64,000 nucleotides of DNA, taken from the NCBI GenBank assembly GCA_964016885.1, contig OZ024742.1, positions 156,302,001 to 156,366,000 on the forward strand, read 5' to 3'. A program made the position numbers and the translations under genes. Of the stretch, positions 12,293-25,057 are shown in pieces (within the stretch, counting starts at the first letter, position 1; each line of letters begins with the position of its first letter). Source of the stretch: Eledone cirrhosa. Its lineage: Eukaryota. The notes under the pieces were generated by a model. The model saw only the letters and a program-made list of their open reading frames with translations. It had not been told where the DNA came from and made no database searches.

Positions 12293-12750
12293 TTTTCTTT
12301 GTGTTAAACGAACAATTTTCCATTTCGTTATTTTCGCATAGTTGCAAGATATAAAATATTAGTTTCGTCAATTTTTATTTCTATGTTTCTCTATAAGTTT
12401 TTAGAAGTCTTTTAGAAGTTTTTTCGAAGTTTTTTTAGAAGGCTTGTAATGCTTCACGTCGGGTCAACCACTTTAGACGACGTGTATTTGTGTATTTATG
12501 ACTTGCAAAAATATTCAAAAGAATACGAAAGGTTGGTGCGTGTTTGTACAATCAGCTCCAAGAAAAATGCGTGTTGTCGCTTTGCATTTTTTTTTGCCGG
12601 AGTGTCTGTGTTATTTTTATGACGTCCGTTTGTGACGTCAGAGCTATCACACGACAGGTGTCGCTTCGCTACAACCCTATCCAAAGCATCAATTGGTTTG
12701 CTATTTTTAGAAATGATGAAAATAGCATTTTCTAGGGTTTATATAAAATG

Positions 12751-12905
12751 ATTGTTTCTACTTTTAGGCACAAGGCCAGCAATTACCCAGTGCATTACTG
12801 GTACTTTATTTTATCGACCCCGTAAGGATGAAAGGCAAAGTCAACCTCGGCGGAATTTGAACTCAGATCGTATGGGGACATACATATACTGCCATTCCAC
12901 CGCCC
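12751..12905 (-). mobile_element. tRNA-derived SINE, internally deleted
   Basis: Same body as 6667-6855. Confidence 0.75.
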
Positions 12906-13039
12906 TTTATATAAACTAATCTTCAGTAATCATCACCATCAACATCACTTTTATGATTATTATTATTGGTGTTGTTGTTGTTGTTAGTGGTGGTAGTCGA
13001 CATGGTCGTAGGCGTAGTCATAGTAGGAGTAATAACCCT

Positions 13040-15160
13040 AGGCATTATTATTGTTCATTTAGCTTGGGTTGGAATTCATCAATAACATTCTCTAAGTTTA
13101 AATTTTCTCTTGATTTCACTTGGGCTGTGTAATTTGTAGAATGGAAATATAAATATTTTCTGACCACATGTTGCTAGATGGTTACTCAGGGGTATCTGAC
13201 GGATATTTGCTGTCGCTGCACCTGTGCACGTTCCGATAGTGGATTTCCAATTTGAATGACATATAGTTCTTCACAATTCGGGCATTTAATGCAGTACATT
13301 TCTGCTTTTGCAGTTCATATTTGCATTTGGGAATATTTGTCCAGTTTTTGTGTTCATATATTGACCAGTGTGTATGGAGTGACATGTGCCACATCGTCTC
13401 TCATTTAGATACAGTGAATGATTGGTCTTTGTTGTTAAGGTCAAACTTTGCTTTTGTTAGTAATTGCTTCAAATTTTTCGGCTGTCTTTTACTAAGAGTC
13501 AAAGATCGGTCTGTGATTAAACATTTAATTCATTACTTTGAGCAATTATCGGTAGGTTTTATTTGGCAGTGTTGAAGATATTCTGGTAACATAGGTTGTG
13601 TGTCATTATAAATGGTATGACCAGTTCTTGGTTTCTTCTTCTTTGGGTTGTCCTAAGTTGTTGTATAGGTATTTTTATAGCCCGCTGTATGCCATTTTCT
13701 ATAAGTAGAGATGGGTATTTTTGTTTGAGCAAAAATTCTCTGTTCTGTTAGGCGTTTTTTACCTTGTATTCGTATCTTCTACAATGGTACAAATTCGTCT
13801 GGCTAGGCAGTATGGGATGTTGCGTTTTGTATGAGGTGGATGGCACGACTTAAAATTCAGATATTGATGGGTGTCTGTGTGTTTATAATATATATCCGTA
13901 GTAATGGTGGTGTCGTTTTTGATTACCATTACATCTAGGAATGGTAATTCCGTTATACTCATCTCTTTTGTGAATTGGAGAGATGGCTGTAGGTTATTCA
14001 GGAGGATATTGAACTATCCAGAGTATCTAGAGATTCTGTCCAGATGATGAAAGAGTCGTCAAGGCATCTCTTCCAAGACTTTTCAATGTACTTTCTAAAG
14101 TCAGTACTATATTTTCCCTTTATTTCTTGGTAGAGTTTTGGTTTTCAGTATCACATTACAGAGTTCGCGTAAACGGGAGCAAACCTCGTTCCCATCGCTG
14201 TGGATGGAATTTTTTCAATTGAAAAATAAAATGTTGTTTTCCAGAATAAGTTTGACTGCGTCTAATATAAATGGCGCTGTGAATCTTGAGGGAATCAATT
14301 CTCTGAGATTTTCCACGCAGTATTTAACCGCCTTTATTCCTAAATCATGTGTAATGTTGGTGTAAAGGCTTACCACATCAAAACTAAGTAGAATTGAATT
14401 CGTTTCCGTGGTTTTGGGAAGATGGGACAGGTAGCCGATATCATCCCGGATGAAACTGGGTATATGAATACATAGTGGTTTCAAAATAGTGTCAAGAAAA
14501 TTGCTTAGACGGTAGGTAGGGCATGTTGGACCAGCTATAATAGGTCTAAGATTTAAGTCTTTTGGGTGTAGTAATTTAATGTACTCACTTTTTTGTTCTT
14601 TTACTGCCAGTTGGATTTATTTTCATATATGAACTTTCGGTAGGCCATACAGGTTGCTGGGTTTTGACTAAAAATTGATGATGTAGTCTCTTTCCTTATC
14701 AGTAAGTGAGTTGTAATATTTTGAAGCAAGGTTGTTGATCTTCTTCATGATGTTGTGGTCTATATTTGACGGTATTTCATGATAGAATGTTATGTCTTTC
14801 AGTTGTTCTTCAACCAAATCTTTGTAGTATTCAGCATCCAATATAACAATTGCACCCTCTTTATCTGCTTGTTTAACTATTTTTGTTTTATCATTTTGTA
14901 TACGTTTAAGTGCAGACATTTCCGATGTGTTAATGTTTGGTATTACGTATCAGAGGAAATTTAGACAGGATATCAATTTATTGGTCGAGATGGATATTTC
15001 TTCCTTTTGGCGGAGTGAAATTTGATTTATTCTTTACTAGTGATTCATCACTCTCACTACTTTTATCAGCAAAGAACTCTACAAGTCGTAATTTACGACA
15101 GAATTCGTGGGTATCCTCCTTCAGTTCTTGGTGGTTGACTGTTGGAGTCGGTGTGAATTT
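13040..15160 (-). mobile_element. Penelope-like element ORF (RT plus linker/GIY-YIG), degraded
   Basis: FCRKLRLVEFF, KQADKEGAIVILD, LYGLPKVH, LRPIIAGPTCPT, FDVVSLYTNI, AMGTRFAPVYAN, LDDSF (YLDD equivalent), LPFLDV, KHTDTHQYLNFKSCHP. Confidence 0.9.
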
Positions 15161-15829
15161 ATATATATATATATATAATTTTAATATTATGGAATTTTGT
15201 TTCGTCATTTTACCTCCTAATAGAAGACTGATATTATTGAAGCTGTGAATATTTACTTGAGAGGAAGTTTAGAAAAAAATAGAATACAATACAATATAAA
15301 TATAGGCTTACAATTAGAAGGGCGGTGGAAATCTATTGTATCAATCTCCATAAGTGATTGGTACTTTGTTTTAACCACTCCGGGCTGGTAAAAACTCAAA
15401 CTGACATGCGCGTAAACATTTGTCATTAAATGTTGCAAAATAATGTGTTCGATGATCTAATTCCTCGTCATGATTACAAGAGTAATATAAACAAGTATTT
15501 AGTAGAACAGCCAATAAGCATATTTAATTTATTAGAAACTGTATCACTGTAGTATAAAATGAATATTACATGGTCTGATAAACATATACGACAACATCGG
15601 AGAAAATTATAATAAAAATATGTTGCTAACAGTATATTATTTATTATAAAGAAAGTATAAACTTCAAATATGTTAATCGAAGGGATAAATACTTAGGTAA
15701 ATATTTAATGTAAATCATTAGTCATGGCAGAAATAATGTACACAGGTCACATAGTAATATGCAAAAAGTGCTTGTAGAATATTAACAGATATACGTATAG
15801 TTAATTTACAGTGAGTTTAACATTGCTAA

Positions 15830-16020
15830 TTTCTGGTGAATTGGCAGTATCGGTAGAGGGTTGGACGCCATGCTTTCTAGCATAGTTACGTCCATTTGCA
15901 GTCTGAGTTCAAATCCCGCCGAGGTTAACTTTGCATTTCATCCTTACGGGGTCGATGAAATAAAGTACCAGTAATGTACTGGGTAATTGCTGGCCTTGTG
16001 CCTAAAGTAGAAACAATTAT
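15830..16020 (+). mobile_element. tRNA-derived SINE (octopod-type)
   Basis: TGGCAGTATCGG...GAGTTCAAATCCCGCCGAGGTTAACTTTGC...GGCCTTGTGCCTAAAGTAGAAACAATTAT. Confidence 0.8.
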
Positions 16021-17354
16021 TAAGTTCTACAAAACATGGAATACTACAAACTCTATTGTGTAATATCGGAAATAAGTGTAATAAGTAATATCTAATGAAT
16101 GTCTATTATGCATTAATGTAATTAATAAAAATGGACAAATTAATATTATCATGTACATCGAAAGTGTGTTCTAAGTTTAATAATTATTTTATATTTAATC
16201 CTGCTGGAGAGAGAGTGTATATGCACATGGTAAGATCGTGTGATACTGTTACTAAAATTGACAATAAGAGTGGCTAATATACAGAGGCGATATCTTTATT
16301 CCATTAATCAAATAAGTATTAAATAATAAAACATCTATTACAATTGAAGTAGAAGATGAAGAAATATTTAAAAAATTTAATATATAAAAACATACATTTT
16401 TAATGAAATGTATTAATATACTAATTGTTTATAACATTTTAAGAATTTACGAAAGATTGATTATATACTTGTATTGTAACAATGTAGTATATCCTAAAGA
16501 TATCGGAATTGGCCTTTGAAAGTATTTCATTATAGAGAATTGATGATGAAAATATTATATAATTAGAAAAAGATTATTATATAGGATCATTACAGAAAAA
16601 AAATAAAAAAAGGAATATATATGTACAGCAAATAATAATGTCCCATGTAGGATGTGTATGAAACATTGGAATTTCCAGAGCTTCAATTGAAACGTTCATG
16701 TCTATTTTATAATGACTACCTGTATTGATAATCGACCTTAGAAATGCCGGAATGATATGATTTTGTTTGTATAACATTTCTAATGGTATGTAAATATGAG
16801 TAGTCACGTTACCTATAGTAATTTAATAAATTCATATGGTCCCAATATGGAAGCCGAATCTAGTTGCCGTGGAATCGCTACATATGTACACTGCATTCCC
16901 ATTTTGACAATATTCTTACCAAAGGAATTGTCAGGAATTCTAGAAGTACCCTCGCCCAAGCTGATATACTAGTTTCCTTATTCTATGCTCAAGTTTATAA
17001 AATTGCATGGTTACGTTCGGGAAAGATCAATACTAATATTAATGGTATCAGGGTTTAATTATATAGTGTTATTATATTCGTTAACTGGCGTATATTTTTT
17101 TTTAATATAAGCTAACTCTAACGTGTATTAGAGTTTTGTAAAATATAATTTCATTATCTTATGGCTATTAAAGAAATCATAGCTGAGTAAATGTGACTGA
17201 GATAGCAACTGGGATAGCTGTTAGATTAACACACATTAAAACATCTTTAGCTAGACAATTGTACAATTATAGAATGTAAACATATGGTGTATGCATTCAT
17301 GATGGTATATCTAAATGTTATTCATGATGTTATATCTAAATGTGCAAGAAAGTA

Positions 17355-17800
17355 TGAGCTATCTCCTTTAAAATATGACGCTTGGAAAGTCACAGAATGG
17401 TTCCAGCATTTTTTTAATTGATCGTAGCAGTTGAGGAAATCATTTTCTGTGAGTGCCATAAGTTGCGGCGGTATGAATGTTTGTATGATTTTAGTGTCCT
17501 AGAATGATGTGGAAGAGTAGGAATGATTTTTCTTTGCATGGAATTCTCTAATTGAAAGTGCTGTGTGACCAGGCATGTTATAATGGTGTAGTACCCCATC
17601 TACTACAATGTTATTTCGGGCTCGGTCAACCCATTTTCGAAATTGCTCCAAGGCAACTTTGTAGATGGAGTGGTTTAATGTCTTACTTAGAGATATACCT
17701 TATTTGTAAACAATACCACGGCTCTCGAAAATATGATAATCATCGTTTTAACCTTGATTCTGCTCATGCGTACCTTTTATAGACAACAATCATTTTTCGT
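17355..17800 (-). mobile_element. Mariner transposase C-terminal remnant
   Basis: Minus-strand WVLHHYNMPGHTALSIREFHAKKN (cf. LHHDNAPAH) and LTENDFLNCYDQLKKCWNHSVTFQASYFKGD. Confidence 0.7.
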
Positions 17801-18450
17801 GTGTTAATCTTCACTTTGTAGTTTCATTTCTGGATCTTACAAGAACATACATGATTAATCTTCGGGTATTTATAAAATAAATTTGGTTCACTTTCAAAAT
17901 GTTCGCGGTCCTCTTTGAAGGCTATGTGCCACATAAAACCCTTACCGTTCGATAGAGTCACATCTCCATAAATGTGTGATAAAGAATTAAATATTTACGT
18001 GGCAGAGTTGTTGGGTTTACACAACATTCGCTTACATACCTTTGTTCGATATGTTCCTGCATCGCAAACCGAATAGGAGATATATACATGTCAGCACATA
18101 AACAACAATTATTCACAACTGAGGCATTCGATCTTATTGTATCAAGAAATTACATGCAACCAAAGTAATGGGCAACACAACTCTGTAAATATACGACGTG
18201 CTGCTTTATCATGTTATACATAGGAAAATCAGTAACTTTACTTTTGGAACACAACTCGTATGTATTGTTTAATTATTGCTAAATCATGTTTTACATTGTA
18301 CTCACAGGATTCTCTGCTGATCCTGTGAGTATATATGTGAAACACCAGAGAAACAAATCTCATTATTTAGCCACAATATAGAATATTTAAACTCTACCTT
18401 GTTTCTGAATATCCATTTTACGAGTATATACATATTACACGAATTACACG

Positions 18451-18593
<143 letters not shown>

Positions 18594-18671
18594 TGCACAA
18601 CTAAGTGGTAGGTTTGCGTTTGCCTCGCTGCAGGTATAAAACAGAACTTTAAAAAGTATCAAGCCCGCAGC

Positions 18672-20684
18672 GTGTCTGTCCTTAACGTGGAAACTGTTGA
18701 CGAGCATTGTGTCTGAGGAAGTCTACCATCACCTCCACACAAACAACTTGTTACCGGACGAACAGAAAGGATGCCGAAAGAAGTCACGTGGTACAAAGGA
18801 CCAGTTACTTATTGATAAGATTGTAATGGGGAATTGCAGGAGGAGACACACTGATATTGCCATGGGATGGATAGACTACAGAAAGGCATTTGACATGGTG
18901 CCTCATTCTTGGATCACCAAAAGCCTGGAGATCTTCAAGGTGGCAGATAACATCAGACAGTTGTTGGGCAAAAGTATGAAGTCCTGAGAAACAGAGTTGA
19001 CATCAACTGTAGAATCCTTGGAAAGCGTGAAGATCAAGAGAGGTATCTTCCAGGGAGATAACCTGTCCCCTCTGTTGTTTGTCCTTGCCCTGGTGGCCCT
19101 GACCAGTGTACTGCGAAAAGTGAGAGCAGGATACAGGTTGGGAAAGGGAGGGCTTACCATCAATCACCTACCTCCTCTTCATGGACGATCTTAAGCTCTT
19201 CGGGAAGAGAGAGAAAAAGTTGGATGTGCTTGTTGACACTGTCCATATTTTCAGCAGTGATATATGTATGCAGTTTGGTATTAGTAAGTGGCGAGTCATT
19301 GTGATGAGGAGGGGTAGGTTAAGCAGAAGTAACGGAATCCAGATACCAACAGGTGAGATGATAAAGGAAATTGACTCTGAGGAAGGATACAAGTATTTGG
19401 GCGTTCTGGAGGCTGATGGCATAAAGAACAAAAAAATGAAGGAATTGATAAGAACTGAATACATTCGGAGAATAAGGAGCGTATTGAAGTCACATCTGAA
19501 CAGCAGAAATGCCATAAGCGCAGTAAATTCCCGAGCTGTGTCTATTATTAGGTACAATGCGGGAATTCTGAGATGGAATGTTGCTGAACAAAAAGAAATG
19601 GATAGGAAGACTAGGAAGCTATTGACTATCTACAACATGTTCCACAAGAGGAGTGATGTCGATAGACTCTACTTAAGGAGATCTGATGGGTGGAAGATGT
19701 CTTATCAGCATAGAGGACTGTGTTCAGATGGAGAAAAACAACCTACACAAATACGTGACTGATAGTAAGGAGCCAATGCTCAGAACTGTACTGACGGAGG
19801 GGACAATAGGCCAGGGGATGTCCAAGGAGGAAATAACATCAAGGAGAAAGAGCAGCCTTCAGGAAAAATCCCTTCATAGTACCTTCTTTGAGAAAACTGA
19901 ATTTAGAGATCCACAGACATGGAACTGGTTGAGAAGAGGAGACCTTTAAAAGGCTACAGAAGGAATGTTAATGGCTGTGCAGGAGCAGGCCCTCAAAACA
20001 AAGTGGTTGGAACACCATATTTACAAGGAGGAGGCTAGCCCACTGTGCAGGATCTGTGGAGAGAGAGAGGAGACTGTGGCTCACATTGTATCCGAGTGTA
20101 AACACCTAGCCCAGACCCACTATAAGGGCTGGAGACATGATGTGAAGGGCAGGGTGATCCACTGGCACCTGTGCAAAGTAAACAATTTACCACATTCTGA
20201 GAAATGGTATGAGCAGAAGCCAGAGGCGGTGATAGAGAACGATCAGGTGAAGGTGCTGTGGGATTTTAGGATACAGACGGACAAGAAACTGCAACACAAT
20301 AGACCTGGCCTGGTGGTTGTGGACAAAGAAAAAAGATCGTGCCTGATTCTGGATGTGGCCTGCCCATTCGACACGAGAGTGCAAGAGAAGAAGAGGGAGA
20401 AAATTAACCGATACCAGGACTTAAAGTGGGAGGTAAAAAGGATTTGGAACTGCCATGAAGTCAAAGTGATCCCGATTGTCATAGGCGCACTAGATACTAT
20501 CTCAAAAAGTTTCTAGTGATGGTTAAAGAAAACTGGCCCGCCCCGCTTTTTGGAACACTTCAAAGGCTGGGAACAGCAAGAACCCTCCGATACGTCCTGA
20601 ATATCTGAGGCTGCAGGTAGTGGCTTGATATTCATTCCAACGGACTTTCCAGTTAACTAACATCAATGACTTTAACTCAAGGAG
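18672..20684 (+). mobile_element. Dong/R4-clade non-LTR retrotransposon, family 1 copy A (5'-truncated)
   Basis: RT (EQKGCRK..GTKDQL, WIDYRKAFD, GIFQGD, FMDDLKL), CCHC (CRICG..ETVAHIVSEC), RLE (RP.LVV..DVACP..K..RYQDL). Ends at (TAA)n. Confidence 0.9.
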
Positions 20685-20707
20685 TAATAACAATAATAAT
20701 AATAATG

Positions 20708-20743
<36 letters not shown>

Positions 20744-20744
<1 letters not shown>

Positions 20745-23740
20745 GAGATACGCCCACTGAGGAGATGAATGCTGACGGGCTAGGACAAGATTCGGTTGAC
20801 ATCCTAAATTTAGTGGTAGATGAGTTGAACAATGATAGTGGGAGACCTATGAACCTAAGATTTGTAGACAGGAAAAAGTTAAAAGAAACAACAGCTAAGG
20901 TAAACAAAGTCATCCCATACCTTGAGGCGAGGAGTCTTCACCAGTGCAACAATATCCTCAAAGCAACAGCAAATACGGTGAGGAAACTACTTGGTATAAA
21001 AGCGAGAGGAAACAACAGACAAGAAAGAGCAGAGCCGTGGTGGAAGAAGCGACTGAGTGGGCAAATCGGGGAAATGAGAAATGACATAGGAAAGCTTGAG
21101 TCACTACTGAATGGGACACTAAAAAACATAGGCACTAAAAATAGACTGGAAATAAAATACAAAACTAGGAGTAGAAAGCTAAATATTATCATAGAGGAAT
21201 TGAAGCAACGCATTGTAGCGAAGAGTGCCAAAATCAGGCGATACGAGAACAGAGTCAGTCAGTATAAACAGAACCGCATGTTCGACAACAACCAGAAGAT
21301 GCTGTTTGGACAGCTTGAGGGGAAAGAAAGAGGCAACGACTTGATCCCTGGGGCGGAACAAGCTAAAACATTCTGGAGAGGAATATGGGAGCAGGATGTT
21401 AGACACAATGCCCAGGCAGGGTGGATTGAGACAGTACAGAGGGAGATCGGTGAGCAGGCACAACAACAGACTGATTTGAGTATCACAGTTGAAACTCTTA
21501 AGGGGCAAGCCAAAAAACTAACCAACTGGAAATCACCAGGCCCAGATGGTGTGCAGGGGTATTGGATTAAACATTTAACATCCCTCCACCCGAAGCTGAC
21601 GGCCATGTTCAATGACTGCTTGGTGTCGGGTGAGGTGCCAGAGTGGTTGACAAAAGGTACCACAGTTCTGATAATGAAAGACCGAATCAAGGGTAATGAT
21701 GTTACCAACTATAGACCTATCACATGTCTGTCCGTAATGTGGAAACTGTTGACGAGCATTGTGTCTGAGGAAATCTACCATCACCTCCACACAAACAACT
21801 TGTTACCGGACGAACAGAAAGGATGCCGAAAGAAGTCACGTGGTACAAAGGACCAGTTGCTTATTGATAAGATGGTAATGGGGAATTGCAGGAGGAGACA
21901 CACTGATCTTGCCATGGGATGGATAGACTACAGAAAGGCATTTGACATGGTGCCTCATTCCTGGATCACCAAAAGCCTGGAGATCTTCAGGGTGGCAGAT
22001 AACATCAGACAGTTGCTGGACAGGAGTATGTGGTCCTAGGAGACAGAGTTGACATCAACTGGAGTATCCTTGGGAAGCGTGAAGATCAAGAGAGGTATCT
22101 TCCAGGGAGATAGCCTGTCCCCTCTGTTGTTTGTCCTTGCCCTGATGCCCTTGACCATTATGCTGCGAAAAGTGAGAGCAGGATACAAGTTGGGAAGGGG
22201 AGAGCTTACCATCAATCACCTCCTCTTCATGGACGATCTTAAGCTCTTCGGGAAAAGTGAGAAGGAGTTGGATGTGCTTGTTGACACTGTCCGTATTTTC
22301 AGCAGTGATATATGTATGCAGTTTGGTATTGGTAAATGTGGAGTCATTGTGATGAAGAGGGGTAGGTTGAGCAGAAGTAACGGGATCCAGATACCAACAG
22401 GTGAGATGATAAAGGAAATTGACTCTGAGGAAGGATACAAGTATTTGGGCGTTCTGGAGGCTGATGGCATAAAGAACAAAAAAATGAAGGAATTGTTAAG
22501 AACTGAATACATTCGGAGAGTAAGGAGCGTATTGAAGTCACATCTGAACAGCAGAAATGCCATAAGCGCAGTAAATTCCCGAGCTGTGTCTATTATTAGG
22601 TACAGTGCGGGAATTCTGAGATGGAAGGTTGCTGAACAAAAAGAAATGGATAGGAAGACTAGGAAGATATTGACTATCTACAACATGTTCCACAAGAGGA
22701 GTGATGTCGATAGACTCTACCTAAGGAGATCTGAGGGTGGAAGAGGTCTTATCAGCATAGAGGACTGTGTTCAGATGGAGAAAAACAACCTATACAAATA
22801 CGTGACCTATAGTAAGGAGCCAATGCTCAGAGCTGTACTGAAGGAGGGGACAGTAGGCCAGGGGATATCCAAGGAGGAAATAACATCAAGGAGGAAGAGC
22901 AGCCTTAGGGGAAAATCGCTTCATAGTACCTTCTTTGAGAAAACTGAATTTAGAGATCCACAGACATGGAACTGATTGAGAAGAGGAGACCTCAAAAAGG
23001 CTACAGAAGGAATGCTAATGGCTGCGCAGGAGCAGGCCCTCAAAACGAAGTGGTTGAAGCACCATATCTACAAGGAGGAGGCTAGCCCACTGTGCAGGAT
23101 CTGTGGAGAGAGAGAGGAGACTGTGGCTCACATTGTGTCCGAGTGTAAACAACTAGCCCAGACCCACTATAAGGGCTGGAGACACGATGTGATGGGCAGG
23201 GTGATCCACTGGCACCTGTGCAAAGTAAACAATCTACCACATTCTGAGAAATGGTATGAGCATAGGCCAGAGGCGGTGATGGAGAACAGTCAGGTGAAGG
23301 TGCTGTGGGATTTTAGGATACAGACGGACAAAAAACTGGAACACAATAGACCTGACCTGGTGGTTGTGGACAAAGAAAAAAGATCGTGCCTGACTGTGGA
23401 TGTGGCCTGCCCGTTCGACACGAGAGTGCAAGAGAAGGAGAGGGAGAAAATTAACCGATACCAAGACCTAAAGTGGGAGGTGAAAAGGATTTGGAACTGC
23501 CATGAAGTCAAAGTGATCCCGATGTCATAGGCGCACTGGGGACTATCTCCAAAGGTTTCCAGGGATGGTTAAAGAAAATCGGCCCCTTCACGCTTTTTGG
23601 AAAGCTTCAAAAGGCATACTTGCTTGGAACAGCAAGAACCCTCCGATACGTCCTGAATATCTGAGGCTGCAGGTAGTGGCTTGATATTCAATCCAACGGA
23701 CTTTCCAGTTAACCAACATCAATGACTGAGATTCAAGGAA
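20744..23740 (+). mobile_element. Dong/R4 family 1 copy B (5'-truncated; one frame with two stops)
   Basis: ORFs 20666-22039, 22049-22975 and 22976-23530 are in one frame; RT plus CCHC plus RPDLVV RLE. Flanked by (TAA)n on both sides. Confidence 0.92.
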
Positions 23741-23750
23741 TAACAATAAC

Positions 23751-23779
<29 letters not shown>

Positions 23780-23781
<2 letters not shown>

Positions 23782-25022
23782 CTCTTAACCATGCACAGAA
23801 TGCATCACCCTAGGGCAGATATAGATAGAATATATCTCCCTAGGAAAGAAGGAGGACGTGGGCTAATCCATTTAGACATTGCGTTGAAAACTGCAACAAT
23901 TGGATTATCTACATATCTAAGGGAATCACATGATTGGATGATCAAACTCGTTTTGAAACACGAAAGCATCAAAAGATAATATTCCATTACGAAAGATGCA
24001 CAGAGATACAGTAATGGACTACAAATTTCAGAAGTCCCATTTACTGCTGAAATGGAAAACACAGAAAAAGCAAAGCAGGTAAAAGTAACTGCGAAGAAAG
24101 AACTGCTACAGAAACTGGCTAAGAAATGGCAAGAAAAGCCTCCGTATGGAAAATACCCAGAGCGAGCTAACAATCCTGATGTTGACAAAACTTTAACCCA
24201 TCAGTGGTTGGCATCCTCTGGACTGAAATCGGAGACTGAAGGACTGATTATATCAGCACAAGATCAGTGTCTGCCAACAAAAAATTACCAAGCCAACATA
24301 ATAAAAAATGGATGCAGCCCATTATGCCGTGTATGCAAAAAAACAACCAGAGACCATTGACCATATAATTTCAATGTGCAGTCCTATAGCTCCAACCGAA
24401 TACCTAAACAGGCATGACAGAGCTGCACAATACATACATTGGATAATGTGTAAGCATTTTGACCTGCCCCATCAAAAGAATTGGTGGGAGCATCAACCAC
24501 CTCCCATACTTGAAAAAGATCACATCTCAATCTTGTGGAACTTTAGCATCCAAACAGACCGAAAAATAGATGCAAATAGACCTGATATAATATTGAAGGA
24601 CTTTAAAAAGAGGGTATGCCTGCTAATTGATATGTCCGTTCCAATAGACAAGAATGTATCTATAAAAACATTTGAAAAATTGAGCAAGTATAAGGACCTG
24701 GAGACAGAAATTGGAAAAATGTGGAAATTGAGAACTAAAACAATACCAGTGGTGGTAGGCGCTCTGGGAATGATACCTAAGGGGTCTAATGATTACTTAT
24801 CGCAAATCCCAGGAAAGAAATACAAAATATATTACTAATGGGAACTGCCCATATACTAAGGCAGATTCTGTCAATATGAGTACATCACAAGTCTAAACAC
24901 TAAAGATGCATGTGTGAGTATGTATGTTCTTTCTTGAACATGGCGGACCTTGTTGTCTCTTGAGGTTACTGGTTGTGACTTGGTGATAACTCGTATGAAC
25001 ATAAAGCAAGATAAATGCAACT

Positions 25023-25023
<1 letters not shown>
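23780..25023 (+). mobile_element. Dong/R4 family 2 copy C (5'-truncated)
   Basis: RIYLPRKEGGRGL, CRVC..ETIDHIISMC, RHD, RPDIILKD..IDMSVP..KYKDL. (TAA)n flanks. Confidence 0.9.

Positions 25024-25057
<34 letters not shown>

Noticed and set aside
15830-15925. tRNA gene
   Set aside because: The A/B boxes belong to a multi-copy SINE head; no cloverleaf is evident.
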